Assembly: GCA_951406725.2 (NCBI GenBank)
Contig: OX597814.1
Coordinates: forward strand, 182,962,001 to 183,026,000
Length of the DNA: 64,000 nt
Reading direction: 5' to 3'
Origin: Octopus vulgaris
Lineage: Eukaryota
A program made the position numbers and the translations under genes. Below the pieces are notes generated by a model. It was not told where the DNA came from, made no database searches, and saw nothing but the letters and a program-made list of their open reading frames with translations. This document shows, one piece after another, positions 36,580-50,301 of this stretch (position 1 is the stretch's first letter; each line of letters starts with the position of its first letter).

Positions 36580-37031
36580 TTTTTTTTTCAGAATGAGAGA
36601 AAGAAACCAAGGCTGTGAAGATTTTAGAACATTTATAAAAAGGTCTTACAGTTGTTTCCAGGATATTTATTATATCCCTTCCTCGGAGACGGTGTGAGAA
36701 AATGGTTAAGCAATAGTTAATTTAGATAAGATACGGAATAGAGAGTGAAGTGGAGGAATGAAAATAGATGTGAGATATGCAGGGATATTGCATTTGTAGA
36801 TCCATGCAATATCCCTGCATATCTCACATCTATTTTCATTCCTCCACTTCACTCTCTATTTCGTATCTTATCTTGCTTAACCATTTTCTCACACCGTCTC
36901 CGACGAAGGGATATAATAAGTATCTGGAAACAGCTGTAAGATATAATAAATATCCTGGAAACAGCTGTAAGACTTCTACTTATAAATGTTCTAAAATCTT
37001 CACACCCTTTGTTTTTTTATCTCATTCTGAA

Positions 37032-37035
<4 letters not shown>
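36580..37035. mobile_element. head-to-head inverted element (~210-bp arms) with CCGANGA hammerhead-like motif
   Basis: Arms meet at GATATTGCAT-TTGTAGATCC-ATGCAATATC; motifs at 36643-36690 (-) and 36896-36973 (+, partly duplicated). Confidence 0.75.
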
Positions 37036-37076
<41 letters not shown>

Positions 37077-39736
37077 TACAGCATACATATATACAGACAC
37101 ACACACAAACACACCCATATAATGCACACACACGCACACATATATATATATATTTATGCATACACATATATATAATTTATATACATACATACATATATAT
37201 ATATATATGTATACATACATACGTGCACATGTATTTGTGTTAGTGTGTGTATGCGTATGTGTGTGTGTGTGTTTGTATAAAGTATATAACTGGTAACTTA
37301 TCCTTTTGTTGACCATTACAACTAAACAGCCCTATGCTATTGGTCTGACACTATTCTTGAATGGAAGAAGAACATTTCCTTAAAAGGAAATGCCAAGCCC
37401 CCTTTCGTACGTCTCTTCAGACGCGTTCTACAATCTCGCTTGTTATTGTTGTTTTAATTTGAACTGTGCGATGTGGATGAAAAAAAACCCCCTCAAAAAC
37501 AGAAACATATTTCATTTTCTCATTTCTCATACTGCAATGCCCACAGACCTTTTAGATTAATTAATAACCCATCTTATATCCCTGGGGCGAAAAAAGGTTT
37601 GCCTTGACATTGGTTTACATTACAGTGTATGTTTTTGCGATTGACCATTTGTTACCATCGCGTTGCAAGCTGGCCATTTCAGAATTAGCAGTTATAGCAC
37701 TAGCTGCATTTCAGAATAGCGGTTATAGCACTAGCTGCAATAACGTAAACAAGCACGTTACCTCCCAATTATTTTGAAATGCAACAATCGATTTTCTTTA
37801 AAATTAAAGAAACCGATAAAGCTTCAAGCATAACACACACAATGGAAAATACACACTATAAGAGTAATGTTGAAAACATTGATTTAAATCGGTGATGCCT
37901 GTGTAAAGGTTACAAATTGAAGCGATATCATTTCATCTTCTGCAAGCGATGTGCGTCTTACGAAGGGCCTTGATATGAGCCAGCTCCAATAGAGGAACTA
38001 AATTTGAAGGAAATATGTCGAGAAAGATGGTGTTTCCTGAGTAGTGGAGTTTATCCAAGAAAGGTCGGGGTGGAAAATAACGTACGCTAATGTTACATAC
38101 ATAAAACAGAAATGATGTCTGACTGACGTGTGGAATTATATGTTCTCCTGAAATTTCAGAAAAGCAAATAGAATTGTGTTTAAAATCGTGAACGAGATGA
38201 GGAGGCCAACAACGCCAGTTCGATGTTATGCACGCCTGCTAACAAGTGGTATCATAGTACATGGGAAAGAGAATTACAAGGGTCACAGTCAGGAGTATTT
38301 GTACTGACTTTTACTCTTGTTTTGCAATGTCCTTGCGTCACAGGGGCAAAAGTGCTGAGCGTAGGAATGATTTAAAACATGAGAACGACTGGGGTTTGCA
38401 AGGGCCTTCAGGTTTTGATAATCCAGTGATACTACAAGACACAGATTTGTGCTCCACTGAGGAAGAGGTGGAAAGGTCAATCGGATTAGACTTTATATCA
38501 AGCATTACAATTACCAAATAAAGAATTTCTTCACCATACTCGCAAAAAAGAATTTTAGTTACTTTAGGATGGTCTGCCTCACATACGATGGTCTACCTCA
38601 CATACGATGGTCTGCTTCACATACGGACTTTATTTGTTTGCACATTTTGATTACATTTCACTTTCAAAATCTCTATCATATACGCCTACCATACAAAGCA
38701 AATATATAAATAAGATGTAAAAGACAACGCGAAAGCAAATTACATGACAGAATGAAAAAAGCGGAAAAAATGAACATTTTGATGAATATTTAACAGCAGA
38801 AAATATTTCTAACTGTCTAACAAATTATTTTAGAGACAGTGATAATAACAACACTCGGGCACAGACATCTTTAACTATTCATTTAGTAGTTGTATTAAGC
38901 TCGTTTTACCTCTACGGCTTTTTTTTTTGTAAAGTTTCTCTTTTCCATAGGATCTAATCTAATAGAGAATAGAGAAGTAAACCATGTCTCAAATGGTATG
39001 GCGGCTGTTTTCAATTGCCGTCGAAATAACAATTAGAAGAGCTACCGATGGAAATTTCGGGAGGAATTCTTTCAATCGAAAGCGAAAAAAGTTATGGTAT
39101 TCTCTGCCGCACGGTTAAGAACATAACTCGCCCAAAACACAGACTGAAATAGATATATCCCTACTCACATTAGAGGAATAAAAAGGTGACGATAAGGAAC
39201 GGTTGGTGGAAAGGATGTGAATCCGTAGCTGGTTGCCACTTTTATATCGTAGTGTGGGTGGGTGTTTAAAGCAGCGATGACAAGAGGTGACTGGTGACCC
39301 AGGGCGTCAAAATGAATTTCCAAATTCTAATGATTTCCGAAATTCACAAAGTCATGATAGAGCTGCGCCCACTTGGAGGGAACCAAGACAAAGGACCTGA
39401 GACTGATGGTAGAGAGAAAAAAAGCTTTGTTTCTAAACATGTGATAGTAAGAACTTCTTCAAAGTCTTTTGCTTCGCAGAACTGGAAAGATTAAGGAAAT
39501 ATAGTTGAAAGGAAAGCAACGGAGATTAACTGAAGCAGCAACAAGAGCGGCAGGATCTGGTTTGCAGATCAACGCCGATCACAGCTTTAGGAATGGAAGT
39601 CGGAATCTTAGTAACAACTAATAACACCAATCCATTGTTGTGTGATGAGGAAAAGGTAGTAGTTGCGGAGGAAATAGTTAAAATAAAAAGGGAAAAACAA
39701 AAAGAATATCTCCAGAAAGATGTCACAAAAAATAAA

Positions 39737-40135
39737 CTGGCTGTGTGGTAAGTAGCTTGCTTACCAACAACATGGTTCCGGTTTCAGTCCCACTTTGGGG
39801 CACCTTGGGCAAGTGTCTTCTACTATAACCTCGGGCCGACCAAAGCCTTGTGAGTGGATTTGGTAGAAACTGAAAGAAGCCCGTCGTATACATGTATATA
39901 TATATATATATGTGTGTGTATGTTTGTGTGTCTGTGTTTTCCCCCAACATCGCTTGACAACCGATGCTGGTGTGTTTACCTCCCCGTAACTTAGCGGTTC
40001 GGCAAAAGAGAGACCGATACAATAAGTACTAGGCTTACAATGAATAAGTCCTGGGGTCGATTTGCTCGACTAAAGGCGGTGCTCCAGCATGGCCACAGTC
40101 AAATGACTGAAACAAGTAAAAGAGTAAAGAGAGTA
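39737..40135 (+). mobile_element. SINE family B
   Basis: Family match. Confidence 0.88.
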
Positions 40136-40298
40136 ACAACAGAAAACAATAAAAACGGCTGAGGAGGAACAAACTATTCAAAGCAAAAATGATGTCCCTC
40201 TTTTGAGTAATGATAGAGACGATGAAGTAGTCGGGGAACTGTGAGCCAGAATCGGTAGAGCACCGAGTAAATGCCTTGCAATATTCAGTTAATTAGAA

Positions 40299-40928
40299 GG
40301 CGGCGAGCTGGCAGAAACGTTAGCATGCCGGGCGAAATGCTTAGCGGTATTTCGTCTGCCGTTACGTTCTGAGTTCAAATTCCACCGAGGTCGACTTTGT
40401 CTTTCATCCTTTCGGGGTCGATAAACTAAGTACCAGTTACGAACAGGGGCCGATGTAATAAGTACCAGTTACGCACTGGGGTCGATATAATCGAATTAAT
40501 CTGTTTGTCTGTCCTTGTTTGTCCCTTCTGTGTTTGGCCCCTTGTGGGTAGTAAAGAAATAGGTATTTCGTCTGCCGTTACGTTCTGAGTTCAAATTCCG
40601 CCGAGGTCGACTTTGCCTTTCATCCTTTCGGGGATGATAAACTAAGTACCAGTTACGCACTGCCGTCGATGTAATCGACTTAATCCCTTTGTCTGTCCTT
40701 GTTTGTCCCTTCTGTGTTTAGCCTCTTGTGGGTAGTAAAGAAATAGGTATTTCATCTGCCGCTACGTTCTGAGTTCAAATTCCACCGAGGTCGACTTTGC
40801 CTTTCATCCTTTCGGGGTCGATAAACTAAGTACCAGTTATGCACTGCGGTCGATGTAATCGACTTAATCCCTTTGTCTGTCCTTGTTTGTCCCCTCTGTG
40901 TTTAGCCCCTTGTGGGTAATAAAGAAAC
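40299..40928 (+). mobile_element. SINE A head-to-tail trimer
   Basis: One head plus three bodies; 15-bp TSD ATATTCAGTTAATTA (40281-40295 / 40931-40945). Confidence 0.9.
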
Positions 40929-41313
40929 AGATATTCAGTTAATTATCTTTACCTACTGCATTCAAACACTACTAGGACAGACTGTATCTTTCACCCCCCA
41001 CCCAAGGTTGATAACATGTGTAACAGTCAAAGACTGGAGTCGTTTCTCCATCCCCATGAAAATGTGAATTCTTGTTGGAAATCATTATCATTATTTTTTA
41101 TCTCATAGATCTTGTTTATCGTTGTACCAGTGTCAAACTTTATTTCTTCCCGTCTTCGAGTTATCAGTATCACAGTTGGTCTCTTTTTTTCCTTTTATTT
41201 CAAAAGTATATTCTCATTTACATTCACACTTCTATGTGTATACAGATTCACACGGAAACTAATCTTATGGTTACACACATACAAGCAGTTTCTTTCTGTC
41301 TCCTCTCTATTTC

Positions 41314-41349
<36 letters not shown>

Positions 41350-42691
41350 CATACGTACATGTACACTCTCTAAATATACACAGCTATATTTTAACATATG
41401 GAAAAATGCTGTCAATATATTTGCACTCTATAACAGGACAAAAATTTGAATATTTTTTTTATGTGCGGAGCTGCCTGAAAGAGATTCTTCTGAGAATTTG
41501 TTTTCTCACACTTATGGCCTCAATTATTATGGACACTATAATTGGTTTCCTATTTCCTGTTTTATTTTATATATACATATCTATCTTTCGATGTTTATAT
41601 TTCGATAGTTTTTCAGCTTCCTTAATTAACTGCTATGTCTGTCCTTTAGACATCTCATGATAATCAAGGTACATTTTATATTCCCTGTCTTTGATGACAA
41701 TATCAGGCGTATTCGCAGTTTTCTTTTCATCCCATATTGTTATTTTATCTCATTTTTTACCTCGCATAATCTTCCAGATATATATTCATCCAAACTACTT
41801 ATTGCATATGGAAATGAGCTAGGACTTTCAGATTTTCTAGTATAGTATCCAACATCTCTCTTTTATCTCTAGTTATTTATTTCTAGATGAGACTAGGTAG
41901 ACGGCAAGATAAAGTGTCTCATCAAACTGACTCCATATTTATAATGGCTTTCATGTAGTCACTGTGTCGAGCCTTTGGTTTTATGTTTTATACCTGTGTA
42001 TATTGGAACTTGTGGCTGTTAGCCACACATATATCGTGTCTGCATCACAGTATTATTTACCCTGATTTTCCTCAGGTATTTTTAGTGTTTTAGTATATGC
42101 TGTATTTATGATTTAATTTCCTTTGTGCGAGTTACTGCTTCAATATTATTATCAATATAGTGCCGTTTCACGTTTGTATATACATTATAAGTATTATGCA
42201 CACCGATATGTTAATCTAATGTTGATTCGAGTACGTACATTTACTATCAATATTATTAAGTGACTCAAAGATGGCGACCTGCCAGAACTGTTAGCACGTC
42301 GGCAAAATGCTGAGCGGGATTATGTCCGTCTTCACGTGCTGAGTTCAAATTCCACCGAGGTTGACTTTGCGTTTCTTCTTTCGGGGTCGATGTAATTGAC
42401 TTACCTCCTTCCCCGAAAATGCTGGCCTTGTGCCAAAATTTGAAATCAATATTATTAGTGAACTTTAAGATGGCGACCTGGCAGAACTATTAGCATGCTT
42501 AACGAAATGCTAAGCAGCATTTCTTCCATTTTTATGTTCTATGTTAAAATTCTGCCGAGGTCGGCTTTGCTTTTTATCCTTTCGGGATAAAATAAATACC
42601 AGGCAAACGCTGGGGTCGATGTTATCAACTAATACCTCTCACCGAATTTTATAGCTTCTACTTATCGTAGAAAGAATTATCATTATTATTA

Positions 42692-43293
42692 AGGCGGCAA
42701 GGCTACAGAATCGTTAGCACTCCGGGCAAAATGCTAATCGGTATTTCGTCTGCTGTTACGTTCTCAGTTCAAATTCCGCCGAGGTCGACTTTGCCTTTCA
42801 TCCTTTCGGGGTCGATTAAATAAGTACCAGTTACGCACTGGGGTCGATATAATCGAATTAATCCGTTTGTCTGTCCTTGTTTGTCCTCTCTGTGTTTAAC
42901 CCCTTGTGGGTATTAAAGAAATAGGTATTTCGTCTGCCGTTACGTTCTGAGTTCAAATTCTGCCGAGGTCGACTTTGCCTTTTATCCTTTCGGGCTCGAT
43001 AAATTAAGAACCAGTATATTGCACTGGGGTCGATATAATCGACTTAATCGGTTTGTCTGTCCTTGTTTGTCCTCTCTGTGTTTAACCCCTTTTGGGTAGT
43101 AAAGAAATAGGTATTTCGTCTGTCGCTACGTTCTGAGTTCAAATTCCGCCGAGATCGACTTTGCTTTTCATCCTTTCGGGGTCGATAAATTAAGTACCAG
43201 TTACGCACTGGGGTCGATATAATCGACTTAATCGGTTTGTCTGTCCTTGTTTGTCCCTTCTATGTTTAGCCCCTTGTGGGCAATAAAGAAATA
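42692..43293 (+). mobile_element. SINE A head-to-tail trimer inside an older A-related copy
   Basis: Three bodies, followed by a repeat of AGAATCGT(T/C)AGCAC..CCGGGCAAAATGCTAA. Confidence 0.88.
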
Positions 43294-44033
43294 AGAATCG
43301 TCAGCACGCCGGGCAAAATGCTAAGCGGCATTCCATCCCTTTTTATGTTCTGAGTTCAAATTCCGGAGGTCGATAAAATAAATACCAGTCAAATACTGGG
43401 GTCGATGTACTCAACTAGCTTTATAAAATACAAGGGACTGATTGGAGTGATTTAACCCTTCTATTTTACTTATATATTATCTATTTTGCCAGTGTTTTTG
43501 CCAATGTAGGAAATCAATATTATATTGTCTAGAATCAAACACATTTCTGTTTTTAATTCTTCACTTCTTTACTAAAAGACTACTGCCGTTTTCTTTTGTA
43601 GTGATTGTAAATTGTATCTAAAACTGTTTCAGGTAGATATTTACTTTAACTGTTGCCAATGTTGTTAGCTTCTAGTTGGTTTGTACCTATCCAAGATATT
43701 CAAGATCAGAGAAATAATGAAGAGTGAAAAGTGTCTAGACTTTGAAGGGAACTGAGAAAGCTCTTGGATATGAAAATGATTTCATAATCCGTCTCGGTAT
43801 AGGAAGAATGGGAGTAACACAGACATGCACACGCACACGCAGAGAGGCACACGCGCGCGCGCGCGCACACACACACACAAAAGCTCAAAAGACGGAGAAA
43901 GATTGAAGTAACTCTTGGGTAGCAGGATTGCTGAAAATAGTCATGCTGAGAAACCGAAAGTCTTTGGGAGATAAAGGAACTTGTTGTGAACACAATTTCA
44001 ATCCGTTGATATGATGTAAATGGAATCTCACTT

Positions 44034-44547
<514 letters not shown>

Positions 44548-44753
44548 GTTTAATGCATTATGGACAAATACAGTAACTTTATAGGTGGTAATTTGAGGAA
44601 TAAACTCAATCTGTTAAGTTTGCCAATATGTTGAAATACTCTTGGATGTGTTACTAGAAATAATTTATAGCAGCCATAAATTAAGTTTCGGGTTCTTGAT
44701 ATTTTATTTCAGAGCAATTTTCAATGTTTAAATGTTGAAAGAAAGAAGAGAGG

Positions 44754-44802
<49 letters not shown>

Positions 44803-45789
44803 AGAGAGAGAGAGAGAAAGTGAGTAAGAGAGAGAGAGTAAGAGAGAGAGAGAGTAATAAATGAATAAATAAAAACTTGTTTGTGGTGGATATTGAATAT
44901 TTCATTTAGGTCATATTGGACTGTTGGAATCAACAAAAAAAGAAAAAGATGATAAAAACCAATGAAAACATTTATAAATATTTGACTGAAATTAGCTTTG
45001 CAGCAAACTTTATTCATGTATGAAAGAATTTAAACTCATAATTTGCTTTGGTAGAAGTTAAATATGTTGCGGATGTTGACCAGAGAAAGAAAACTGAATA
45101 GAGTAGAAAACGAAAAGAAGAAAAAAAAAAATGGAAGAAAAGGAAAGCAATGAAAACGTAAATTATAACAACGGGAAGAGAATAGAAATGAGGGAAATTG
45201 GTGATTTAAGTAACATAGCGTGACTTTAACAAATGTTCATAATTCGATGTAGCATTGGTAGCTATCTGATCGAATTAACATAAAGAGAGAAGACAAACAT
45301 GTGAAAGCAGACGACCGTAAATGAATTGATTATTCTGTCAGTAGTGTCAACAACAAGAGACTGTAAATTTGAGGAAACTTTCAAATGTACAAAATTATTA
45401 CCCAAGTCAGGCAACTAGATTTCAAAGTAGGTTATCGTTTTTCAATATGTCCTTTACGAAATGATATCAAATTGTCCCAATGTTTCATATGAAACACTCT
45501 ACGCCTATTTCATTAGTGCACTAAATCAATGACAATTAGTTACACAGACGGTATATATATCATTTAAGGAAGCCAGAATTTTCGATTAAGTTTTCGAAGA
45601 GTCTTCTAAAATGTGAATTTGCTAAATGGCGTTTAAATTTTTGCTTTATCTTTTAACAAGTTAGTAAAAACTTCTAAATTACTATGTTTCGGAAGTAATA
45701 CAATGCATTTAGGCTTATACATACATCCATATCCACAAACGTACAAACAGACATGTATTCATAAGAATCATATAGATATATGCATATTT

Positions 45790-46062
45790 TTTTTACTTGT
45801 TTCAGTCATTTGACTGTGGCCAAGTAAATCGATTCCAGGACTTATTCTTTGGAAGCCTAGTACTTATTCTATCAGTCTCTTTTGCCGAACCGCTTAGTGA
45901 CGGGGACGTAAACACACCAGCATCGGTTGTCAAGCGACAAATACAGACACACAAACACATACATAATACATACATACATACATACATACATACATACATA
46001 CATACATACATACATACATACATACATGCATACATACATACATACATACATACATACATACA

Positions 46063-46098
<36 letters not shown>

Positions 46099-46271
46099 TA
46101 TATATACGACGGGGCTTCTTTCAGTTTCCATCTACCACATCCACTCACAAGGCTTTGGTTGGCCCGAGGCTATAGTGGAAGACACTTGCCCAAGGTGCCA
46201 CGCAGTGGTAATGAACCCGGAAGCATGTGGTTGGTAAGCAAGCTACTTACCACACAGCCACTCCTGCGCCT
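45790..46271 (-). mobile_element. SINE family B
   Basis: Family match with internal (TACA)n. Confidence 0.88.
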
Positions 46272-46330
<59 letters not shown>

Positions 46331-46460
46331 TTCAGCAAAAATTTAGATTCAAATGAATATGGTACTTAATTTAGATACACCAGAATTTTGTATGGTGTTA
46401 TCCATAAAAATCCGTGGGGTGATTATAATCAAAATAAGCAACAAGAATGACTCCGGTAAT

Positions 46461-46546
46461 TTGGTACGATCGTTTCGTACTACATCATTTTATTAAATGT
46501 TGTAAGTATTACAATAGATTTAAGATGCTGAGTACTCATCAGCCAA
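46461..46546 (-). ncRNA. type-I hammerhead ribozyme motif with long stem II
   Basis: Inverted copy of 46785-46870. Confidence 0.75.
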
Positions 46547-46784
46547 TTATAGAGGTTTTCCATTAATACAAAAATCTTCAAATCAAGTGGCAACATCATA
46601 GAGAAGGTAGATATATAGACAAAAATGTGGATTTAAATTTTAAGAACATATGAGGTAGTGGAGTCTCAGTCACTACCTCATATGTTCTTAAAATTTAAAT
46701 CCACATCTTTGTCTATATATCTACCTTCTCTGTGATGTTGCCACTTGATTTGAAAATTTTTGTATTAATGGAACGCCTCTATAA

Positions 46785-46870
46785 TTGGCTGATGAGTACT
46801 CAGCATCTTAAATCTGTTGTAATACTTACAACATTTAATAAAATGATGTAGTACGAAACGATCGTACCAA
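46785..46870 (+). ncRNA. type-I hammerhead ribozyme motif with long stem II
   Basis: TTGG-CTGATGA-GTACT...AGTAC-GAAAC-GATC-GTA-CCAA; canonical core, palindromic stem III ACGATCGT, GUA triplet. Confidence 0.8.
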
Positions 46871-46899
46871 ATTACCGGAGTCATTCTTGTTGCTTATTT

Positions 46900-46965
<66 letters not shown>

Positions 46966-47031
46966 AAAAAATGAAGTTCGAAAATGCTGCTATATTAGAC
47001 AAATTTTTAATTTTTATATATACATTATTTA

Positions 47032-47074
47032 TTTAACATGTTTCGGTTCTTGAAATGATGAACCTTATCAAAAA
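47032..47074 (-). ncRNA. hammerhead motif, U3-A8 variant, at the Penelope 3' end
   Basis: Minus strand TTT-TTGATAA-GGTTC-ATCATTTCAA-GAACC-GAAAC-AT-GTT-AAA; stem I is only weak A-U pairs. Confidence 0.6.
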
Positions 47075-47370
47075 AAGTTATATATAAAAACGATAGTTCA
47101 TGCTATCAAATATAAAAAATTCATTTATAATATACAATAGAGTCAGACATCAAAAGTTCATATATAGTGAAGTGAGTTCATGCTATATGTTTAAAGAGTA
47201 TGATGCAGTGGTTCATAGTGGTGATATGCATTCAATATAAAAAATTGATGTTCTTGAAAGAGCGAGGAATTCATTTTAGATTTTACCTTGAGCAACTGTG
47301 ATGACTTTTGGTCGGTGTCCGCTGGACAGTTCTGGCGAACCTTGTGAATTGTTTGGGTTTTATATCACCT

Positions 47371-47620
47371 GTTAGGTGGCCAGTCCAGTGGAACGTGACG
47401 TCATCAACGTTTTGACCAATCGTTTCGTTAGGTGGCTGGTCAAGCAGAACGGGACGTCATCAATATTCTGACCAATCCCGACCTATAGCTGTATTAGATC
47501 TGTATCCTGATAGGTGGTCAGTCCAGCGTAACGGGACGTCATCACTGTTTTGACCAATCATCCCGTTAGGTGGCCAGTCTAGCAGAACGAGACGTCATCA
47601 ATGTGTTGACGAATCAGAGT
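47371..47620 (+). repeat. four ~55-bp units each carrying GACGTCATCA and a CCAAT-like box
   Basis: TAGGTGG...AAC..GACGTCATCA......TGAC(C/G)AATC repeated four times. Confidence 0.8.
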
Positions 47621-47804
47621 CGGGTCTGACCCCTAGCTGTATCGTATGTGGCCAGTCCATCAGGATTAGATCTGTTCGAAGAGATCTTTTTATAATTTTT
47701 TTTCCCTTTTCCCTAAGACATATTTCCGTCAGTGTGAGTGACTGTTTAAGGTAGCGGCCGTGGTGGAATTTTGCTTCTCCTTTTCGGAGGACCAATCTTT
47801 TGTT

Positions 47805-48602
47805 TTAATATTCCTGGCCCAGGGTGTTTAAACTTGGTCTAAATTTTTTGATGAAGTACAGTTCTTTATTTTGGCGTTGCGTGAAGGTTGCGTTGTCACT
47901 GAATTTATAAAGCAGGTAAGTTGTAAATTTCGGATTTACATTTCCAGCACATCTATCTATGTGTCCGCTGACCGGTATTTTCCGGTATTCAGGGTTTCTA
48001 ATTTGTGATTTATGCACCGCCATCCTGTTACGTAAGCTATTTTTTGTATGGCCTATATACTGCCTATTGCAGCCTGCGCATGTTATGACGTAAATTAAGT
48101 TTTCTGATGCGCAGGTGAAGTTTGCTCTAATGGTGAACTGGTGGCCTTGTTCTAGTATAAATTCTGAACCTTCTATCAAGATGACACAGATTCCGCAGTT
48201 GGGCCTTCCACACTTTCTAACTGCTGGTTTTGTGGTTGATGTTGAGTGCAGTTTAGCTTGGGTTAAAATCCTTTTCAAGGATTTTGGTTGCCGTTTACTT
48301 TTAATGATGGTGTGTGTTTCGAGGATCCGGTTCATCTTTGGGTCTCCCTTTAGTAGGGCTGTGCTTTGTAGTATGGTGCTGAAGGCCTCATTGTTGAGTG
48401 GGTTGTGTGTAGAGATGTAGGGAAGGGTTTTTAATTGTTCTTTCTTTTTTGGTTTTGTTTGTCTCAGGTCTTCTATACTTAATTTGAGTGCCCTTTGGAT
48501 TGCACTGTCTATTAGGGGCTGTGGATAGTTTCTATTTGTGAGTGTGGTTCTAAGTTCCTGGAGACGTGTGTGTCGGGTGTTTGTGTCTGATATTATGGTG
48601 CA
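47805..48602 (-). pseudogene. Penelope ORF C-terminus (linker, Cys-rich segment, GIY-YIG endonuclease)
   Basis: RNYP..LI...I, LPYISTHNP, CGRPNCGIC, FTCASENLIYVITCAGCNRQYIGHT..LRNRMAVH, E.YFI....P.LN. Confidence 0.9.
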
Positions 48603-48671
<69 letters not shown>

Positions 48672-48774
48672 GGTTTGGAGATGATGTACAGTTATTTTAT
48701 ATTAGAATAAATGAGGTACTCAGAAATTCGGACGGTTTTATATCAGGAAAGGAATTTCATTGTGGCTAGTATCT

Positions 48775-49378
48775 GTTGTGAAGTTGATAGATGGGTGCAG
48801 CGTGTTGAGGATGTTGTGGAATGTTCGTAGGTCTTCTTATGATCTGTTCCAAAAGATGAAGCAGTCATCGAGGTAGCGTTTCCACTTTTTTTATGTCTTC
48901 TCTGAAGTCGTGTTCGAAGACTTTCCCTATTTCATCATATAGTTTGTTCTCAAGGAAACCCACCACCAGGTTGGCATATGAAGGTGCGAATTTTGTACCC
49001 ATAGCCGTGCCCTTTATCTGTCGGAATGTCTTGTTGAATGAGAATGTATTTTCTTCGAGTATTAATTGGGTGGCTTGGGTAATAAAGTCTGTCTTGAAAC
49101 GTTCGTCTATGAGTTCCCTGTATTTTTCTACCGATTGTTTTATTGCTTCCAGACCTAGGGTGTGTGGTATGTTCGTGTATAGGTTTGTGACATCGAAGCT
49201 TGCAAGTATGATGTTTCTCGGAACTGTATTTGGAATGTGTGTGAGGAAGTCTATGTCATCCCTTATGTAGCTTGGTATCTGTGGGCATAAAGGTTTGAGG
49301 AGTATATCTATGAAGTGGCTTAGTTGTTGTGTTGGTGCCTGGGGTCCTGTCACTATTGGCCTCATTGTGAGGTCTGCA
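48775..49378 (-). pseudogene. Penelope reverse transcriptase fragment
   Basis: RPIV, SFDVTNLYTNIPH, QIKGTAMGTKFAPSYANL, then RYLDDCFIFW after a frameshift. Confidence 0.9.
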
Positions 49379-49724
49379 TATATATTTATATAGCAGACTA
49401 GCAATTTGTAAATCCTACATAACATGGATATACAGTAAGAAAGCCACAGCACCGCGGTATTCATTATAAAAAAGCATTCCGCATAGACGTATAGTGCTAA
49501 AAGACACAAAAGTATCAGTAGCAGGCGAAAAGTGATCAGTTTGGGATTTCTGCGAATTTGCGTGACTTCAATTGCAAGTATCCATAATCACCGCATGCAG
49601 AGACAGGCTTAGAGTAATTTCGTCTCTACTGATATATAAAAACAATGATTTACAAGTCACTGGTGCTACAAATAGATGGCGGCACCAGCTATTTGTGATA
49701 CCAGACTTCCTTACAATATATTCA

Positions 49725-50104
49725 GTAAGTAGCTTGCTTACCAACCACATGGTTCCGGATTCATTACCACTGTGTGGCACCTTGGGCAAGTGTCTTCTAC
49801 TATAGCCTCGGGCCAACCAAAGCCTTGTGAGTGGATTTGGTAGATGGAAACTGAAAGAAGCCCGTCGTATATATGTATATATATATGTGTATGTGTGTGT
49901 ATGTGTTTGTGTGTCTGTGTTTGTCCCCCCAACATCGCTTGACAACCGATGCTGGTGTGTTTACGGTTCGGCAAAAGAAACCGATAGAATAAGTACTAGG
50001 CCTACAAAGAATAAGTCCTAGGGTCGATTTGCTCGACTAAAGGCGGTGCCCTAGCATGGCCACAGTCAAATGACTGAAACAAGTGAAAGAGTAGAGTAAA
50101 GAGT
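49725..50104 (+). mobile_element. SINE family B (5' clipped)
   Basis: Family match. Confidence 0.85.
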
Positions 50105-50301
50105 ATTTCAGACAAAGATACCTTCAAATATATGCACTGTAAATACAATCTAGAAGCGGTACAGTCAAAATATGCAAGAAATTTCTAAAACTGAACAAGC
50201 ATTTACTGTTCTTCTTGTTCTTGTTATACAGATTCAAGCAATGGAGTTTTGTTTATTAATTGAAATAATTAAAAAGAAAAAAAAAATGCAAAAATGCATA
50301 A

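Larger units (their letters stand above)
46330..46903. mobile_element. head-to-head inverted element (~233-bp arms) with two hammerhead motifs, in (TA)n
   Basis: Arms 46428-46660 and 46671-46903, 10-nt spacer GAGTCTCAGT. Confidence 0.88.
46962..49378 (-). mobile_element. Penelope-like retroelement (RT + GIY-YIG), 5'-truncated and interrupted
   Basis: RT and GIY-YIG fragments, long 3' non-coding region with hammerhead variant, ends at (TA)n; interrupted at about 48603-48770 by (TA)n plus foreign sequence. Confidence 0.9.

Noticed and set aside
37400-37426. Minus-strand CTGAAGA-GACGTAC-GAAA
   Set aside because: No valid stem II, stem III or stem I; chance match.
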